A stretch of DNA of 64,000 bases from Ascidiella aspersa (taxonomy: Eukaryota): NCBI GenBank assembly GCA_963924565.1, contig OZ004608.1, forward strand, positions 3,472,001-3,536,000, written 5' to 3'. Positions 63,029 to 64,000 of this stretch are shown one piece after another; position 1 is the first letter of the stretch, and every line of letters starts with the position of its first letter. The notes under the pieces are model-generated. The model did not search any database. It saw only the letters and a program-made list of their open reading frames with translations, and had not been told where the DNA came from. The position numbers were made by a program, and so were the translations under genes.

Positions 63029-64000
63029 AAAACCCTGTGTGTAATGCGAAAAGTTTATAGTCTAACTTAATAAAATTTTACCTTTGTAACGTTTATGAGT
63101 CACACGGCGCAACATCCCATAGCGTGCATAGCGTCTTTGGGCTTAAACGATGAAGCAAAGTTTATTTTTTTGGGGGGTACATAGCACGGTGATCCTATAA
63201 AACTGAAATATTTAAAAATAGCCCGCGGCCCACCGCTGTAATGTGTCTGGCGGCGAATAAAAATTGCAATTTTTCGTGTAGGTTTGTTTGCAATGTCTGT
63301 AGCCTCCCACATAGTCTGTATTTTATGCATATGTCGCCCACGCCAGTTACTTGCATATCGTCATTTTGCAGCATAATGCAGACGTTTCACTCAATGTCTG
63401 CATGCAGCAAATTAGCGTCCGAACAGGAAATCAATTTGGGCATTTTGGTGTCTGTAGAAAGTAGGCTAATTATTTTTGCTCGACTGTGCATTTTAGGGCC
63501 TTAGTGGTTTTAAAGTATATCAGTTCCACTTCAATTGCAGCTTATATATAATATAATTTAACCGCTAAATGTGTTTACAATTTTTTTTATCAGGACGAAG
63601 TTAATTTACAGAACGATAAAACACAGTATGTATGCGTGGTTCGACACTAAGATATACTTTCACACCACCCATGGAATAAAAATAACCTTTTTAACCCATT
63701 TACTCTAGTGGTGATTAAAATTAGTGTTACAAAATATTTTTTTACTTTAGTTATTAAAGGTCTCTTGACCACTTTTAGCTCAAAAGGTTCTCGTTATATT
63801 TTCTTCTACCTAACATTTGTTCAAGTTTTGTGAAATTTGTAAGTTTGGTTTTGAAATAGTTTCGCTAGTCGCATATCGAAAGAAAGAGTAAAATTTGGAT
63901 AGAAAAAACACTTTGTGCTATTTTGATCTAGCCTACTAGCCTCACTGGCGAGGTTTCTTGATTTATATTCAAAAAATTCGCTAACCCTCATTTTAGTTTG

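Overview
AT-rich (roughly 35% GC by eye) eukaryotic, metazoan genomic DNA. The repeat content looks like a marine invertebrate, possibly a tunicate, but that is inference only. The bacterial-style ORF track is almost entirely noise. The only recognisable protein-coding gene is the 3' part of a spliced CFAP68/C11orf1 orthologue (three GT-AG exons, 965-3059, + strand); its first exon is unresolved. The remaining ~60 kb has no coding exon I can recognise and has four main components. (i) Many non-autonomous hAT elements: Buster/Charlie types with NNNTANNN 8-bp TSDs (one Buster-type copy keeps an open transposase C-terminus), an Ac-like TAGGGATG family, and a GACTT-array family. (ii) Two Penelope-like retroelement relics, each ending in a minimal type I hammerhead ribozyme motif (11349-11388 with an intact core; 26462-26499 with one stem II lesion). 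(iii) A foldback repeat family, including a 76-bp perfect hairpin at 47256-47467, and many short local duplications. (iv) CpG-rich islets dense in CRE/ATF, ETS, STAT, Su(H), NRF1 and nuclear-receptor motifs, several with core-promoter layout (about 9.8, 17.2, 27.7 and 48.8 kb) but no ORF downstream. This fits a regulatory desert or giant intron with possible non-coding transcripts. No prokaryotic system, CRISPR array, tRNA or rRNA was found, and I cannot claim a clearly new biological system from sequence alone.
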